DNA of 64,000 nt from a virus (lineage: Duplodnaviria > Caudoviricetes), in IMG/VR virus record IMGVR_UViG_3300025066_000007, one strand, 5' to 3'. Both the position numbers and the translations under genes were made by a program. The notes beneath the pieces are model-generated. The model made no database searches. It had not been told where the DNA came from and was given only the letters and a program-made list of their open reading frames with translations. Shown here one piece after another: positions 1-10,905 of the stretch (its first letter is position 1; each line of letters begins with the position of its first letter).

Positions 1-3000
1 AGCCGGAAAAATATTTGGAAATGGAACGAATCGATTAGTCCCATCATCTTTTTCAATAATCTTAGGAATAAGCTTATTCGCTTCTTTCGCCAAAATATTA
101 TCTTCAGAAGAGAAGAGTCTCGACTTAACGATGGATTCGTCTATTATTTCAGAATCTTCCTCTGTATCTTCAAAATCAACAGTAAGCCTCTTTCGAACAA
201 CGGAATCATAGGTAACATTAAAGCGTCTATCCTTCTTTGTTACAATAATATCAAGAAAGCCTGTATCGCTCACCCCTCTTATGTCTATATAGTTTGCAAT
301 GAGCTTATTTTTTTCGCCCCTAATAAGGCCAAGTCTTTTGCCTCGTATCTTCTTTACGTTAGCCCCAGATCCTATAGAAACTTTGTAAGATCTGGATATT
401 CTGGGCTCGTCACTATACCCTTCGAAAAGGACTGATAATCTGGCGATCTTATTGTTTGTTCTTAGTTCGCTTTCATCTTCAAGCTCATCAATATTTATTC
501 CGCTTATATAATCTCGATACGGCTCAAGAGAAGACCTAGTAACATTTGAAAATGATTTACTATTGCCTATTCCTACGTTTGACAGCTTCATTGCCAAAGC
601 GTTTACATAGGGAGGGTTTATAAAAGCAGGCTTCTCTCCATTTTTGCCAGTTGAACCAATCGGAATCATAGCAAAATCAGAAGCCCCAAGAGAGATCTTG
701 TCGTGAATTCGTTTGTTAGAAAGAATAATATAAGCTCTGGGGTATTCTAGAAATTCTAGATCTCCCTCTCCTCGATCCTCTCCAACCAATTCATTAAACC
801 TGCTTATGTTGAGCTTTGCTCCAGGCCCTGGAAACTTAAGCTTTACCTTATGGTTGTTGATCCTAGAAAAATCATCGGTTCCAAACACATACTCCATTTT
901 TGTCGGAACAATAAGGGGCGTACTCGATAGGGTTGTCAAAGCCAGAGGAGAGGAGGAGGGGTTATCTGCTGTCCAGCCGATGTCCTCTTTTAAAATGGAG
1001 AGATTATTTCTTTCAGAATCATTTAGTATTCCGATATATCCATATAGAGGCAGACCCTCTCTGAATACAGGTCTGCTGTATTTTAATATAATCTCTGCGC
1101 TTGCCTCTCCGTCCATTAGCAATGGAATTGAGTCTATTTCTTTCCCAAATCGCGGCGCTGTCAGTCCATCTAGAACTTTAAATTCGATCTTGTCCTCAGG
1201 TCTTGCGGGGAGATCTGTAAAGTCAGGAAAAATTGCTATTGGCCCAAGATTATCGCTAGCTGACCCATCTTCCGAAACTACTTGGATATAATAAATCCCA
1301 GTTTTATTTTCAAACAAAGATTCAACTAGCGGTTCAGAAGAAGAGATAATTATGCCTGAACCTTGAGAGCTTATTGCTATATCGCTAACATTTATTTCCT
1401 CAGATGTATTTAGATCAGAAAATATTCTAACAGAAGCATCTGTGACCTCCCTATCAAGGGATAGGGTCATGCTTGTGACATCCGAGCCCAATAGCAAGCC
1501 GCCAGCGAACCCGTCTGGAGTAACGCCCTCTATTATGCTGACCTGAGGAGAAATTGAGATATTCTCCCCAGGCACGCGAACTATCTGCCCATATTCGTCC
1601 ATGGCATAGAGGGCGAACTGATGCGTCACGCTTGGGCTATATCCGCTCAAGCCTCTCTTGCTCAATCCGTCATGATCATAGGGAACGCTTAAATCGATAT
1701 ATTCGCCTGAAGCCTTAGGCTCAAGGCGGATCCAGTTAGCGGGAACTTGGCTTATATCGGTAAGAATATTTGGACAGACAGACACCATAAGGCTTTTTGC
1801 TGAGCAGATCTTTTGATTAAACCACTTTCTATCATTCTTAATGTAAGTCTCTTTCGAAAAGTCCCTGGAACCCATTAGCATATCAGGCCTATTTAGCTCT
1901 CCTAACAAACTTGTAATATTCGGCACCCCAATTGCATTCAAAGATACAGACAACGGTAATCCAAGAGACTTCTGAGCGTAATAAGAAGAAGGATTTGTAA
2001 TGATAGGTGATCCAGAAGACAGTAGATATGCACTTAGGTCGCTAAAGATGCTCTCTACGCTTGTTCCGTGCTCGCTATCATCAAAGCTAATGATAGGCTT
2101 TAGATCCTTATTTTCTGGGTCGAAATATGGAAGAGATATAACTGGGGCAGTGAACATTTCTACTGCGCCCGAAATCTTTACGAATTCTTTTGGAAGAGAA
2201 GGACTTTGCTTGGGGGAAATGATTGGGGATAGAAAATACTTAAAAGAAGAATCATGTCCATCGGCAAAAATAGAGATAGAAACAGGAGCCTTGTTTAGAG
2301 GGTAGCCTTTTTCTCCGTCTTCTATTTTAATATCAGGAGGAGCGGCATACTCAAACGCTAGCGCCTTATAGTCCTTAGTCTGCTTGTTTGCCAGCTCTAA
2401 GCAAAAGAACAAGGAGTCTTCTTCGTCTTCAACTTCTAAGTTTGTAATGCCAGAGCTATTTCTTCCGGATATATCTGGAGTTTTTATGTATATATCGTTG
2501 TCTATTGCAGTGCAATAACCGACAATATCCTTCGATCTTTTTCCTTCTAGGAATTTTTCTTCAATATGAAAAATAGGGAATAAATCTAACAGAATTTGAG
2601 CAATTTCATCAGGATTAGAGCTTAGCTCCTGACTCTTACTCTGTATTCTTAGTTCCCTAAACGTTTTGCCAGATAATCCAACGTAATTGCTTAGACCATA
2701 ATCTTCATTTTCAAAATCTTCAGGATCAAAAGTGAGAGCCTCTAATATGGTCTTAACTTTATCAAATGGAATAAACTTTAATCCACCAATTTTGGACATA
2801 GAAGAGAGGCGAGACTTTCCACTTTCTGAAATAGAATTATTTACATCAGAAACACCACTATAAGAGCCCCTTAGGCTGCTAAGATAAACAGTTGGGATCT
2901 GATTAGAATTAAGCCCAGTCGTTATGTTGGGCATATTTTGAAGAGCTTTGTTTATTGCAACTCTAGCGGCAGTTAAGACAGAAAGCCTCTGCTCTCCACT

Positions 3001-3324
3001 GCCAGCTTTTACTGAGCCAATTCCGGTCGAAGAAATATATTTCTCCAGAGCCTTAACTGGTGCATCATATCTGCTTGACTTCAGCGGACCAAGAGGCTTT
3101 AGCTCGTTTCCGAGCGATAGCTTCATAATGGCTCCACCGATAAGAGGCACTACATCTTCTTCGGAAGAAGCTTTCGGAAATAATACCTCATATTTAGCGC
3201 CTTCCAATCCAGCGCTACTTACAAACTCATCTTCTTCTGAGCAATTTATGCTTATTTTAGAAAAGTCTTCAGACTGAGATATTGGGCCGATTAAATCTAA
3301 TAAAATTTTTGAAGAACTAGCCAT
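1..3324 (-). CDS. Large hypothetical protein, probably baseplate/tail-associated; partial, runs off the left end (>1100 aa)
   Basis: Not in the ORF track. I translated it from ATG at 3324 (MASSSKILLDLIGPISQSEDF...) through about 1620 and spot-checked the first 60 nt of the window. Both were stop-free in the same frame; bases ~61-1620 were not translated. It follows the baseplate genes. Confidence 0.75.
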   Translation of the reverse strand, partial: MASSSKILLDLIGPISQSEDFSKISINCSEEDEFVSSAGLEGAKYEVLFPKASSEEDVVPLIGGAIMKLSLGNELKPLGPLKSSRYDAPVKALEKYISSTGIGSVKAGSGEQRLSVLTAARVAINKALQNMPNITTGLNSNQIPTVYLSSLRGSYSGVSDVNNSISESGKSRLSSMSKIGGLKFIPFDKVKTILEALTFDPEDFENEDYGLSNYVGLSGKTFRELRIQSKSQELSSNPDEIAQILLDLFPIFHIEEKFLEGKRSKDIVGYCTAIDNDIYIKTPDISGRNSSGITNLEVEDEEDSLFFCLELANKQTKDYKALAFEYAAPPDIKIEDGEKGYPLNKAPVSISIFADGHDSSFKYFLSPIISPKQSPSLPKEFVKISGAVEMFTAPVISLPYFDPENKDLKPIISFDDSEHGTSVESIFSDLSAYLLSSGSPIITNPSSYYAQKSLGLPLSVSLNAIGVPNITSLLGELNRPDMLMGSRDFSKETYIKNDRKWFNQKICSAKSLMVSVCPNILTDISQVPANWIRLEPKASGEYIDLSVPYDHDGLSKRGLSGYSPSVTHQFALYAMDEYGQIVRVPGENISISPQVSIIEGVTPDGFAGGLLLGSDVTSMTLSLDREVTDASVRIFSDLNTSEEINVSDIAISSQGSGIIISSSEPLVESLFENKTGIYYIQVVSEDGSASDNLGPIAIFPDFTDLPARPEDKIEFKVLDGLTAPRFGKEIDSIPLLMDGEASAEIILKYSRPVFREGLPLYGYIGILNDSERNNLSILKEDIGWTADNPSSSPLALTTLSSTPLIVPTKMEYVFGTDDFSRINNHKVKLKFPGPGAKLNISRFNELVGEDRGEGDLEFLEYPRAYIILSNKRIHDKISLGASDFAMIPIGSTGKNGEKPAFINPPYVNALAMKLSNVGIGNSKSFSNVTRSSLEPYRDYISGINIDELEDESELRTNNKIARLSVLFEGYSDEPRISRSYKVSIGSGANVKKIRGKRLGLIRGEKNKLIANYIDIRGVSDTGFLDIIVTKKDRRFNVTYDSVVRKRLTVDFEDTEEDSEIIDESIVKSRLFSSEDNILAKEANKLIPKIIEKDDGTNRFVPFPNIFPA

Positions 3325-3360
3325 TATAATCCTAAGCTTATATTACTTGTAATAATATAT

Positions 3361-5757
3361 TTACTCACCAACAGAATCCAGCAGGCATTTGATTTGGTCC
3401 GGAACTCCCTCAATCGTGGCATCTGGTGTATCCGTAGATACAGGATCCTTATAAGTTTTTCTCGGAGGCCTATTCCCCTCTCTAACTTCAACGCTTTGTC
3501 CCGCAAGAATTAGCTTAGACGTGCTTTCTAGCGCAATATCTCCATCATTTCTAATCACCATAGGGCTTCCGGGATTCATTCCTGCAATAACCAAGCCATT
3601 CTTGCTTATAGATATGATATAATCAGAAGCATTTACGCTATCGACCTCTTCTCCGAGGAACCCTTTATGATTAACATTTACCCTTAATTCGAATCTTCCT
3701 TCATTAAATTGATCGCCATTAGTTCCTCCGATATTAAACAACGTATCACCATCAGTCTGTACGACTAAGCTTCTATTGTTTTTATCTTTGCCAAACCATG
3801 CGATCATACTGCCTGCTGCATCTAATATAATGCTTTTTTGATCGTTATTATCTGACCCCACAGATGCTTCTATCGATCCTTCGAAGTTTAGATTGGCGCT
3901 CTTGCCACCCGGAGCTTTTCTGGCCTCTTTTGACTTGTCGATATTCGTAGAGATTAAATCGCCCTGCTCACTTTTACTTACAGCAAATGAATTAGAATAC
4001 TGAATATTAACTCTGTCTTCATTTTCATTAAACTCCTGTGTGAAATCTTGTCCCGCGACAAGCACGCCTCCTCCGGGGTCTATAGCGGGAGGGCCGGGAT
4101 AAACACTCACTGCCGCCATATAATTAACTTGTGCTGAATCTTCTCCGTCTAATCCAAAAGTTTCCGATGCTCTCTCAAAAGATTTATTGATCGAATTGCC
4201 GGGAATATAGCCTGTGCATTTTGCATTTTGAAATGGAATCAAAACGTTATTTATTGTATTCGCAATAAGCATTTCTGCTGCAGCATATATATTGTGATGT
4301 TTAGTTGGATTTACTCGAATACTCTCTGAGTCTGCAGCAGTCTCAGATCCAAGGCCTTCGAAATAATTGTCATCATTCGAATACCTAATTCCGGTAAAAC
4401 GAGTAGCTCCGCTTTCCTCCTCCTGAATGGCGTCCACTGCAGAACTAGCTGGAAACAACACTCCGCTCTCTGCATCTCGCAATGTAATCGGAATCTTTTC
4501 CTTTTTTCTAAAGCCATATGTGGTTTCAATTTTATCTGTTTTTTCAGAATAAAATTCTGCGAAATTAGGATAAGGAATATTTCCAGTATTTGATGTAGCT
4601 GGAATATTTGCCTTCAAAGCCCCCTCTTTATCAATGGACAAAACGAAGTTGTCTCTGCTATTCGAAGTCTTGCTTGACAAGCTATTCGTAGAAACCTGAA
4701 AGTGATAACCGATGCCTCTTCTGGACTTTAGTCTCCCTTCTTCGTATCCTAAGATGAGATCTGTGCCAGAAGGATGACCCAGGGAATCTCCTATCGATAC
4801 TCTGCCATAATTTGAATCAAGCACCTCTCCTCTTGAATTTACAACGTTTCCTGCAATTACTTCAACAAGCTGATGCGGAGCAAGGTGTAGGGCATTTTCT
4901 TGAGAAATGGCTCTTACTTCTTTTTTTGTTGAAAATTTAGAAGTACTATTAGTCCTTACCAGAGAAGCCTCTTGGTCCCACCCTCTAAAATAGTCTGCCT
5001 CAGATATCTCATTTACAACAAGCCTATACTCAGATAGCGCAGGATTTCTTTTTCCTCCGAACAAGCTTACGGGGGCTGCCTTAAATCCGGGGAAAATACC
5101 TCTTGTAATTCCGTAGTCTAAATTATAAGTTAAAAGATCATTTCCTACATCTGCAACTCCGCTCTTTTGGGTAAAGCCGCTTGGAATTCTAACGACTTCT
5201 CTCGAAGAGATTCTATGTGCAGAACTAACCATCTGGACAGAGTCTGAAACGACAGAAAGGTTTGTTTTAGTGGAATTTGTTTTTTCAATAAAGATTCCAT
5301 TGCTAAGCTCATTCCCCAGGAAGATTCCCGTTCCAGCTCCTCCAGACCCAGAGAGATATAACTCAGAGCCACCGCCTCCAAAGACCTTTACCTCTCCAGA
5401 TTTCATGTTCTTTATGGGATACTCAGACCTTCCGGCGAGAGCATTCTCAGATGGCGTTCCTCCGGCTTCGCTCCCCCTATCTGTTTTGGGGACAATTCTA
5501 ATCGCCTGCACAATGCCTTTCCCGCCAGGGTATACTCTTGTGCATATAACTGTATCCCCAATTTCCGGATGCTGATAAATGCCTGCGTCGCCAACTCCTC
5601 CGTAATAAACTGGAGGAATAACATAAGGATCATCGTTGTCAGTTGGATCTGTACTTATTATAAGGTCACCAGTTACCAAGTCTATATCCTTGATAAGAGC
5701 CTCAAATACCTTAAAGCTTGAAAGCTGACCCTCTACTTCTTCTGGGGAAATCGACAT
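3361..5757 (-). CDS. Putative baseplate spike/hub protein (gp5/gpV-like N-terminal OB-fold)
   Basis: 798 aa. N-terminal 'GIYQHPEIGDTVIC' resembles the P-x-x-G-D-x-V motif of gp5/gpV/VgrG OB-folds. It lies directly downstream of the hub-like gene. Confidence 0.55.
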   Translation of the reverse strand: MSISPEEVEGQLSSFKVFEALIKDIDLVTGDLIISTDPTDNDDPYVIPPVYYGGVGDAGIYQHPEIGDTVICTRVYPGGKGIVQAIRIVPKTDRGSEAGGTPSENALAGRSEYPIKNMKSGEVKVFGGGGSELYLSGSGGAGTGIFLGNELSNGIFIEKTNSTKTNLSVVSDSVQMVSSAHRISSREVVRIPSGFTQKSGVADVGNDLLTYNLDYGITRGIFPGFKAAPVSLFGGKRNPALSEYRLVVNEISEADYFRGWDQEASLVRTNSTSKFSTKKEVRAISQENALHLAPHQLVEVIAGNVVNSRGEVLDSNYGRVSIGDSLGHPSGTDLILGYEEGRLKSRRGIGYHFQVSTNSLSSKTSNSRDNFVLSIDKEGALKANIPATSNTGNIPYPNFAEFYSEKTDKIETTYGFRKKEKIPITLRDAESGVLFPASSAVDAIQEEESGATRFTGIRYSNDDNYFEGLGSETAADSESIRVNPTKHHNIYAAAEMLIANTINNVLIPFQNAKCTGYIPGNSINKSFERASETFGLDGEDSAQVNYMAAVSVYPGPPAIDPGGGVLVAGQDFTQEFNENEDRVNIQYSNSFAVSKSEQGDLISTNIDKSKEARKAPGGKSANLNFEGSIEASVGSDNNDQKSIILDAAGSMIAWFGKDKNNRSLVVQTDGDTLFNIGGTNGDQFNEGRFELRVNVNHKGFLGEEVDSVNASDYIISISKNGLVIAGMNPGSPMVIRNDGDIALESTSKLILAGQSVEVREGNRPPRKTYKDPVSTDTPDATIEGVPDQIKCLLDSVGE

Positions 5758-5759
5758 AC

Positions 5760-8700
5760 TTACACGACTTTCCTATCCAACATTCCAGAGGGAATATTTA
5801 TAATCCCGACTTCTACTATGCTGGCCTTGTATTCTTTTGTAAAGCTAAAGGCAGTTACTTCTTCTCGAATGTCAGCCCATCCTCCTTGACTTGGCCCTCC
5901 CTTTGGAAAAATTCCTGTTATCTGCTCTTCAGACAAGCCATCTAATTGTTCATCGTGCTTAATTGCGGCCAAGAGGGTCCTGTCCAAACATTGAATCTGT
6001 CCAACTGAATTTTCGTCTGTCTTCTTAAAGAAGGAGACTTGCTCAATAATCTTCTTTGCAGGTATTTTTGAAACAGGAATGCTATTAGGTAGACGCATAG
6101 GCTTCAGTGATCTCGTTTCCGGAATCAGATCATCTCCTCCAGAAAATGGATTGCTTTGGGCAACTTGAGACGGAGATTCTAGCAGAGACCTTATGGCTGC
6201 CATCTTCTTTTTAGCCTCTTCGATCCCGCTTTCATCATCTTCGTTAAGAGCAAACCCTCTAATCAGAACGTATCTGTCTCCAGACAAGCCGCCCATTAAA
6301 TCCAGCATCATATTTGTAAATCTTATTTGGTTATCATTAAATGCCAATAATTTGGCGGGCTTTACAGCGCTAGACGGAAAGACTATCGCAGAGTCTGGGC
6401 TCAATGGACGATAATTATCATCAGTCTCACTCGATCTGTATATCAAGGATGGATCCTCAATGAAATTAGAGACCATTTGTTGACCAATAATATCCAATGG
6501 GCCAGGAATATAGTCTCCAGCCGGATGGCCGTATTCTAAGTCTAGCTTTGTCGTATAAGAGCTTCCAAAGCTGAAAGTATGAGAGACACTCTTTACGTAA
6601 TAGAGAAGCCCTTTGCTTGGAATGAAGACGGTATCTCCGGGCTGATAGAACTCATTTCCAGAAATAGTAACAGACCCCATATTTACGGCAAACTTTTGCA
6701 TTCCAAGCTTTAATATCGCATAGGGTTTTGCCTGTCCTTCTGTATCGCTTATAAAAGGAATAGATTGTTTGGCAGGTTTATATCCATACTGTCTCCATAA
6801 ATCGAAGTCTGTAGCTCCAGCCCAAAAGTATAGCCCTTCAAAGCCTCTGTTTAATCCGTCTCCAATAAGTGGAGCATTACCACTTATATCAAGCCTAGTA
6901 AACTCAGGAGGGTTTTCGGAAAAAGTTGAACTTATTATAAACTCATCTTTTAGAATGAATCTTTTTCCGGAGCCATATCCTAAAAGATTTCTGGTGTCAT
7001 CTTCAATCAAGTGATCATATACAGCGCCCTCAGACATTTTCCCGGTTAAAATATCCGATCCAGTCTGGAGTGCATTTGCGCTTTTTTCCAGAAAATCTAC
7101 AACCTTATCGTTAATATCCAGCTCTATGTCAGAGCCTTCTCCAGTTTGCAGGAATGTTTCTATTTCGCTCAATTCTTTTTGCTTGACTAAGTTTGCCTGA
7201 AGCATAGAAACAAATGAGTCCCTGTTGGAGATGGCCTGCTTCAGCTTTCCTAGCAAATCCTCTTCAGAAAAGAATGGATCGCCCTCCTCAGAGGTGACAT
7301 TTGTAAAATAAGAGAAGTGCTTATCATCGAAAGAATCTCCTGAGCCGATAAGGCCTGAGGCTGGATCTCTTCCGAATTGTTTTTTAAATGAATTTCTAAT
7401 ATTATTTAAATCAGATGCCGAAAAATGAACAGCCGGATATCCAGAATTGCCCCCAACTTGAGTTTGGGAGTCATTTACCAAACTCATCTGCTCCTGAACG
7501 ATGGGATCAAATGTTCCCAGGAGCTTGTCCGTATTTCCTCCTAAGACATCGCCCTTCTGCTGAAAGCTGGCAGATAAGTCCAGGCCATTATCCCCGGGCC
7601 TTCTAGTGCTAATTGGATGATTTGTCTTAAAGAGAGAAAGATTCTTTACGTCAGATGATCCTCCTTTGAATTCGTTTGGCCCTGGCTCGTTGTAATAGGA
7701 GCTATTATCTTTATGTATATGAACCCCAAAGAAAGGAAGAGAGGAAGCGCCTCCAAAGCTCATGTTTGGAATCAGATTTCTATCTGGATACTTCCCTAGC
7801 AAAAGGGCAATTAAAGCAATCTTTATGTTTAGAGCATGAACCTGAAGATAGATTCCCTCGATTCTTGTTTGAAATAGATCAGTTACAAATCGAGGAATAA
7901 TATTCTTATTCTCATTAGTTTGTCTTCTTATAGCCTCCCTTAGAATGCTGAGAGGCACTCTGTTCCAGAGCGGAGGCCTAAATTCCAAATGTCCCTGAGA
8001 ATTGCAAAAGAATTCTAAGTCTAAATAATTAGACGCCTCATTACATAGCTGCCAAGAATCTTTGAAGAGACCATCAAACAGCTTCCATCCACTACGATTT
8101 AGACTTAAGATGAATGGACGGATGTCTGCAGAGTCATACTGATCAGAGACCATAAAGAGATTCCTGTCTCTATTTAGCCTTACATCTTCGATCTTCCTTT
8201 GAGCTCCCACTAACATCATGGCTCTAGTTACATCGTTATTCTCTTCTTGATCTCCTGATATCGGCAAGTTTGCGGCACCAGATAGGCTTATCTGGATGCC
8301 GATTTGCTCCTCAGAAGTTAGAGCGTTTGTAGATGTCGTGCCAATCTTAATCTGTTCTCTAATGGCTTCATCTATTGCCTGTATTTCCGAAGAAAGAGTG
8401 GACGCAAAGATCCCGCCCTGGAGGGTCGGCCCAGAGCTTTTTTCTATATCTGAAATCTTTCTTCTAAGAAGCTTCTTTCTGGCTTGCAAGCTTTTTATGT
8501 TATTGTTTGCTACATCTCTGCGGCTAGCATTATTTAGCATTTGTTCTGTTGAAGCAGAGTTCATAGTCAGCATTCTGTAAGGCTGAAAATTGCCATAATA
8601 GTTATTTTGCTTTCTAACCGTATCCAAAACACCTGTTAGCGGGTCTAACGGATTGAGCCTTGTGGACTTATCTAGCTTATTATGAGCAGCCAACGCCTGC

Positions 8701-10883
8701 TCTATAAAGCTCTCTATGTTATAAGGCTGGCCTACGATCAGAATGCTTAAAATATTTGGTATATCTAAGTTGTTCAAAACGTTATTTGTAACAGTTACCT
8801 GATAGCGTTGACTAGAATAAATATTATCTTGTAACTCTCCTGTAGAGTCTGCCGCCTGGAACCCTGCAGTAGCTGTTATGATTCCAGTCTTCCATCTGTA
8901 AATAAATCCACTCGGATGTTGCATCACCTTCTTGCCACGCAGAGATCCTATTCCGTTATATTGCCCCTGTAGCAAGTTTCCTTCCGAAGCATTTTGGCCC
9001 GCAAATAGCCCAGAGTCGTAACTTAGCAGGCCGGTCTGCAAAAGCTGTTTGTTTTCATACAAAAGCTCTCTTGTTCCGGGAATTACAACTCCCTGCTCAT
9101 CTCGGGAGAAATCATATGGAGTTAGAGGATCTTCCAGAATTCCCTTTGGATCGCTTAGTGCTGGCTGAACCGCAAATTGACTCCATTTTAGCCAAGACAT
9201 ATTATCCGTACAAGATACGCTCAGATTGTGAAAACCTCCAGAGTAATTTTCTGTTATAGACGTTATAAATCCGCCAAAAACGTGAACCATTCCAAAAGAA
9301 TTATCCTGTCTCCGCCTAAGATCTCGATACTGCTCTATGCTCATCTTCTGGTTTGTATACAGAATGTACTCCGCCCTTAAGATGGAATCATCTATAGTTA
9401 GATACTCTTTGTCAAATGGAGATTCGCTGGCCTCTTCGGGATAGACCGAGCCAGAATCTGTAAAGTCAGAGAACGTGCGATTTCCTCTTATGTAAAAATG
9501 AACTGGGTCTGATGCATTAATGAAATTTTTGCCCAGATAAAAAGTTCTGAGCCTCTCTCTTATATAATCGGTGTCAAGTGACGCATCTACAAACCCCGCG
9601 CCGCCAATCTCTAGGGCGGAGGATATTGCGGAAGATGCATCGAGTTGAGAGGGGTCTCTGGATGCCTCTCCTGCACCAAGGCCTCCACTTAGAAGTTCCG
9701 ACAAAACTCCCAAAGAGCCGTACAAAGCCTCCTGAACAGCATCTTCTATATCTTTCTCGAGAATCGTTCCAATTCGATATGGATATGCGAGATTAAAACT
9801 CGCACTTGATGGGTTTGAATCATAATTAGTATTGGTATTAAAACTATTGAATATAGCAAGCTCGATAACTCCAGTTCCTGGGCCAAGAGTATAGTTCTCT
9901 GGACTATTTGGATCAACTATCCACGTAGTTAGTTGATTATCTGTCGAGAACGCATTCCTTTTCAGTACAGAGGCAATATCTTCATTTAGCTGATCATGAT
10001 TCTCTGCGGCTGAGCCGTAAGAGATAAGGTCACCTAAGTCAACAAAAAGCTCTTCAAAAGAGTTCGCTGACAATCCACTGTTCGAACTGAGAGAAGCTCG
10101 AAAAGCATCGTTTGCACTATCAGCTGCAGATGGAGCTGCAGATACTCCGTCATACTCTGCTCCAAATTCTGCCCGCTTGTTCGTTAGAATTGCACGAGCC
10201 TGAGAAGAAGGAATATTTTTCAGATATTCTCCATTCGTAATAGTTCTTCTGTTGTCTGCATTTGTGACGAAAGATCTGGTGGGAATATCGAATGATGCAG
10301 AAGAACTATTGCCATTCGAAAAATCTTCAAAGTTTTGAGTGCTAGTATCGAAAGATACGGCAGACATATCCTGGCCAAGCCAAGCCTTAAGTCTTTCTGA
10401 GACAAACTCCTCCTTAGTCTTTCCGAGCTTGCTCAAATCTATAAAAGACCCTTCTTTTAAAAGTGAGGACAGCAAATTCAAGCTGTACATTTGATTCTTC
10501 GAAAAGAAGTTTTCAAATTTAGTTAGGCTTTCATACGCCCTGATCTGCTGAACCTTGTATGCAAAAAGAGCCTTAGTCGCCCTAAGGAGCATTTTCTCTG
10601 TTTTGTCAATATATCTAGTGTCATTAATACTGCCAAATGAGGAAAAGACCTTCTTCTTAACCAAGATAGATGCGTCTGGAGACATTGACACTATGTTTCT
10701 TGTATCAGGAGTTACTGACGCAGAATGATCTTGATCAAAAAATATAGCTGCACCAGTGTTTGTTAAAGACGGCTGATTTCCATCATCCAAATTTATATAA
10801 GCAGGATGAGAGCCTCCCATTATATCAGAAGCGGCCTTCTGCAGAGTATGAGATATATTTGCCTTTAATGTCTTATAAGCCAT
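5760..10883 (-). CDS. Putative baseplate hub protein (gp27/gpD-like), greatly enlarged
   Basis: 1707 aa. 'GNEFYQPGDTVFIPSKGLLYYVKSVSHTFSFGSSYTTKLDL' and 'EFFCNSQGHLEFRPP' are typical of late-control-D/hub proteins. Its position after the tape measure gene fits. Confidence 0.6.
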   Translation of the reverse strand: MAYKTLKANISHTLQKAASDIMGGSHPAYINLDDGNQPSLTNTGAAIFFDQDHSASVTPDTRNIVSMSPDASILVKKKVFSSFGSINDTRYIDKTEKMLLRATKALFAYKVQQIRAYESLTKFENFFSKNQMYSLNLLSSLLKEGSFIDLSKLGKTKEEFVSERLKAWLGQDMSAVSFDTSTQNFEDFSNGNSSSASFDIPTRSFVTNADNRRTITNGEYLKNIPSSQARAILTNKRAEFGAEYDGVSAAPSAADSANDAFRASLSSNSGLSANSFEELFVDLGDLISYGSAAENHDQLNEDIASVLKRNAFSTDNQLTTWIVDPNSPENYTLGPGTGVIELAIFNSFNTNTNYDSNPSSASFNLAYPYRIGTILEKDIEDAVQEALYGSLGVLSELLSGGLGAGEASRDPSQLDASSAISSALEIGGAGFVDASLDTDYIRERLRTFYLGKNFINASDPVHFYIRGNRTFSDFTDSGSVYPEEASESPFDKEYLTIDDSILRAEYILYTNQKMSIEQYRDLRRRQDNSFGMVHVFGGFITSITENYSGGFHNLSVSCTDNMSWLKWSQFAVQPALSDPKGILEDPLTPYDFSRDEQGVVIPGTRELLYENKQLLQTGLLSYDSGLFAGQNASEGNLLQGQYNGIGSLRGKKVMQHPSGFIYRWKTGIITATAGFQAADSTGELQDNIYSSQRYQVTVTNNVLNNLDIPNILSILIVGQPYNIESFIEQALAAHNKLDKSTRLNPLDPLTGVLDTVRKQNNYYGNFQPYRMLTMNSASTEQMLNNASRRDVANNNIKSLQARKKLLRRKISDIEKSSGPTLQGGIFASTLSSEIQAIDEAIREQIKIGTTSTNALTSEEQIGIQISLSGAANLPISGDQEENNDVTRAMMLVGAQRKIEDVRLNRDRNLFMVSDQYDSADIRPFILSLNRSGWKLFDGLFKDSWQLCNEASNYLDLEFFCNSQGHLEFRPPLWNRVPLSILREAIRRQTNENKNIIPRFVTDLFQTRIEGIYLQVHALNIKIALIALLLGKYPDRNLIPNMSFGGASSLPFFGVHIHKDNSSYYNEPGPNEFKGGSSDVKNLSLFKTNHPISTRRPGDNGLDLSASFQQKGDVLGGNTDKLLGTFDPIVQEQMSLVNDSQTQVGGNSGYPAVHFSASDLNNIRNSFKKQFGRDPASGLIGSGDSFDDKHFSYFTNVTSEEGDPFFSEEDLLGKLKQAISNRDSFVSMLQANLVKQKELSEIETFLQTGEGSDIELDINDKVVDFLEKSANALQTGSDILTGKMSEGAVYDHLIEDDTRNLLGYGSGKRFILKDEFIISSTFSENPPEFTRLDISGNAPLIGDGLNRGFEGLYFWAGATDFDLWRQYGYKPAKQSIPFISDTEGQAKPYAILKLGMQKFAVNMGSVTISGNEFYQPGDTVFIPSKGLLYYVKSVSHTFSFGSSYTTKLDLEYGHPAGDYIPGPLDIIGQQMVSNFIEDPSLIYRSSETDDNYRPLSPDSAIVFPSSAVKPAKLLAFNDNQIRFTNMMLDLMGGLSGDRYVLIRGFALNEDDESGIEEAKKKMAAIRSLLESPSQVAQSNPFSGGDDLIPETRSLKPMRLPNSIPVSKIPAKKIIEQVSFFKKTDENSVGQIQCLDRTLLAAIKHDEQLDGLSEEQITGIFPKGGPSQGGWADIREEVTAFSFTKEYKASIVEVGIINIPSGMLDRKVV

Positions 10884-10905
10884 AACGCTATTTTACTTTC
10901 TGGAC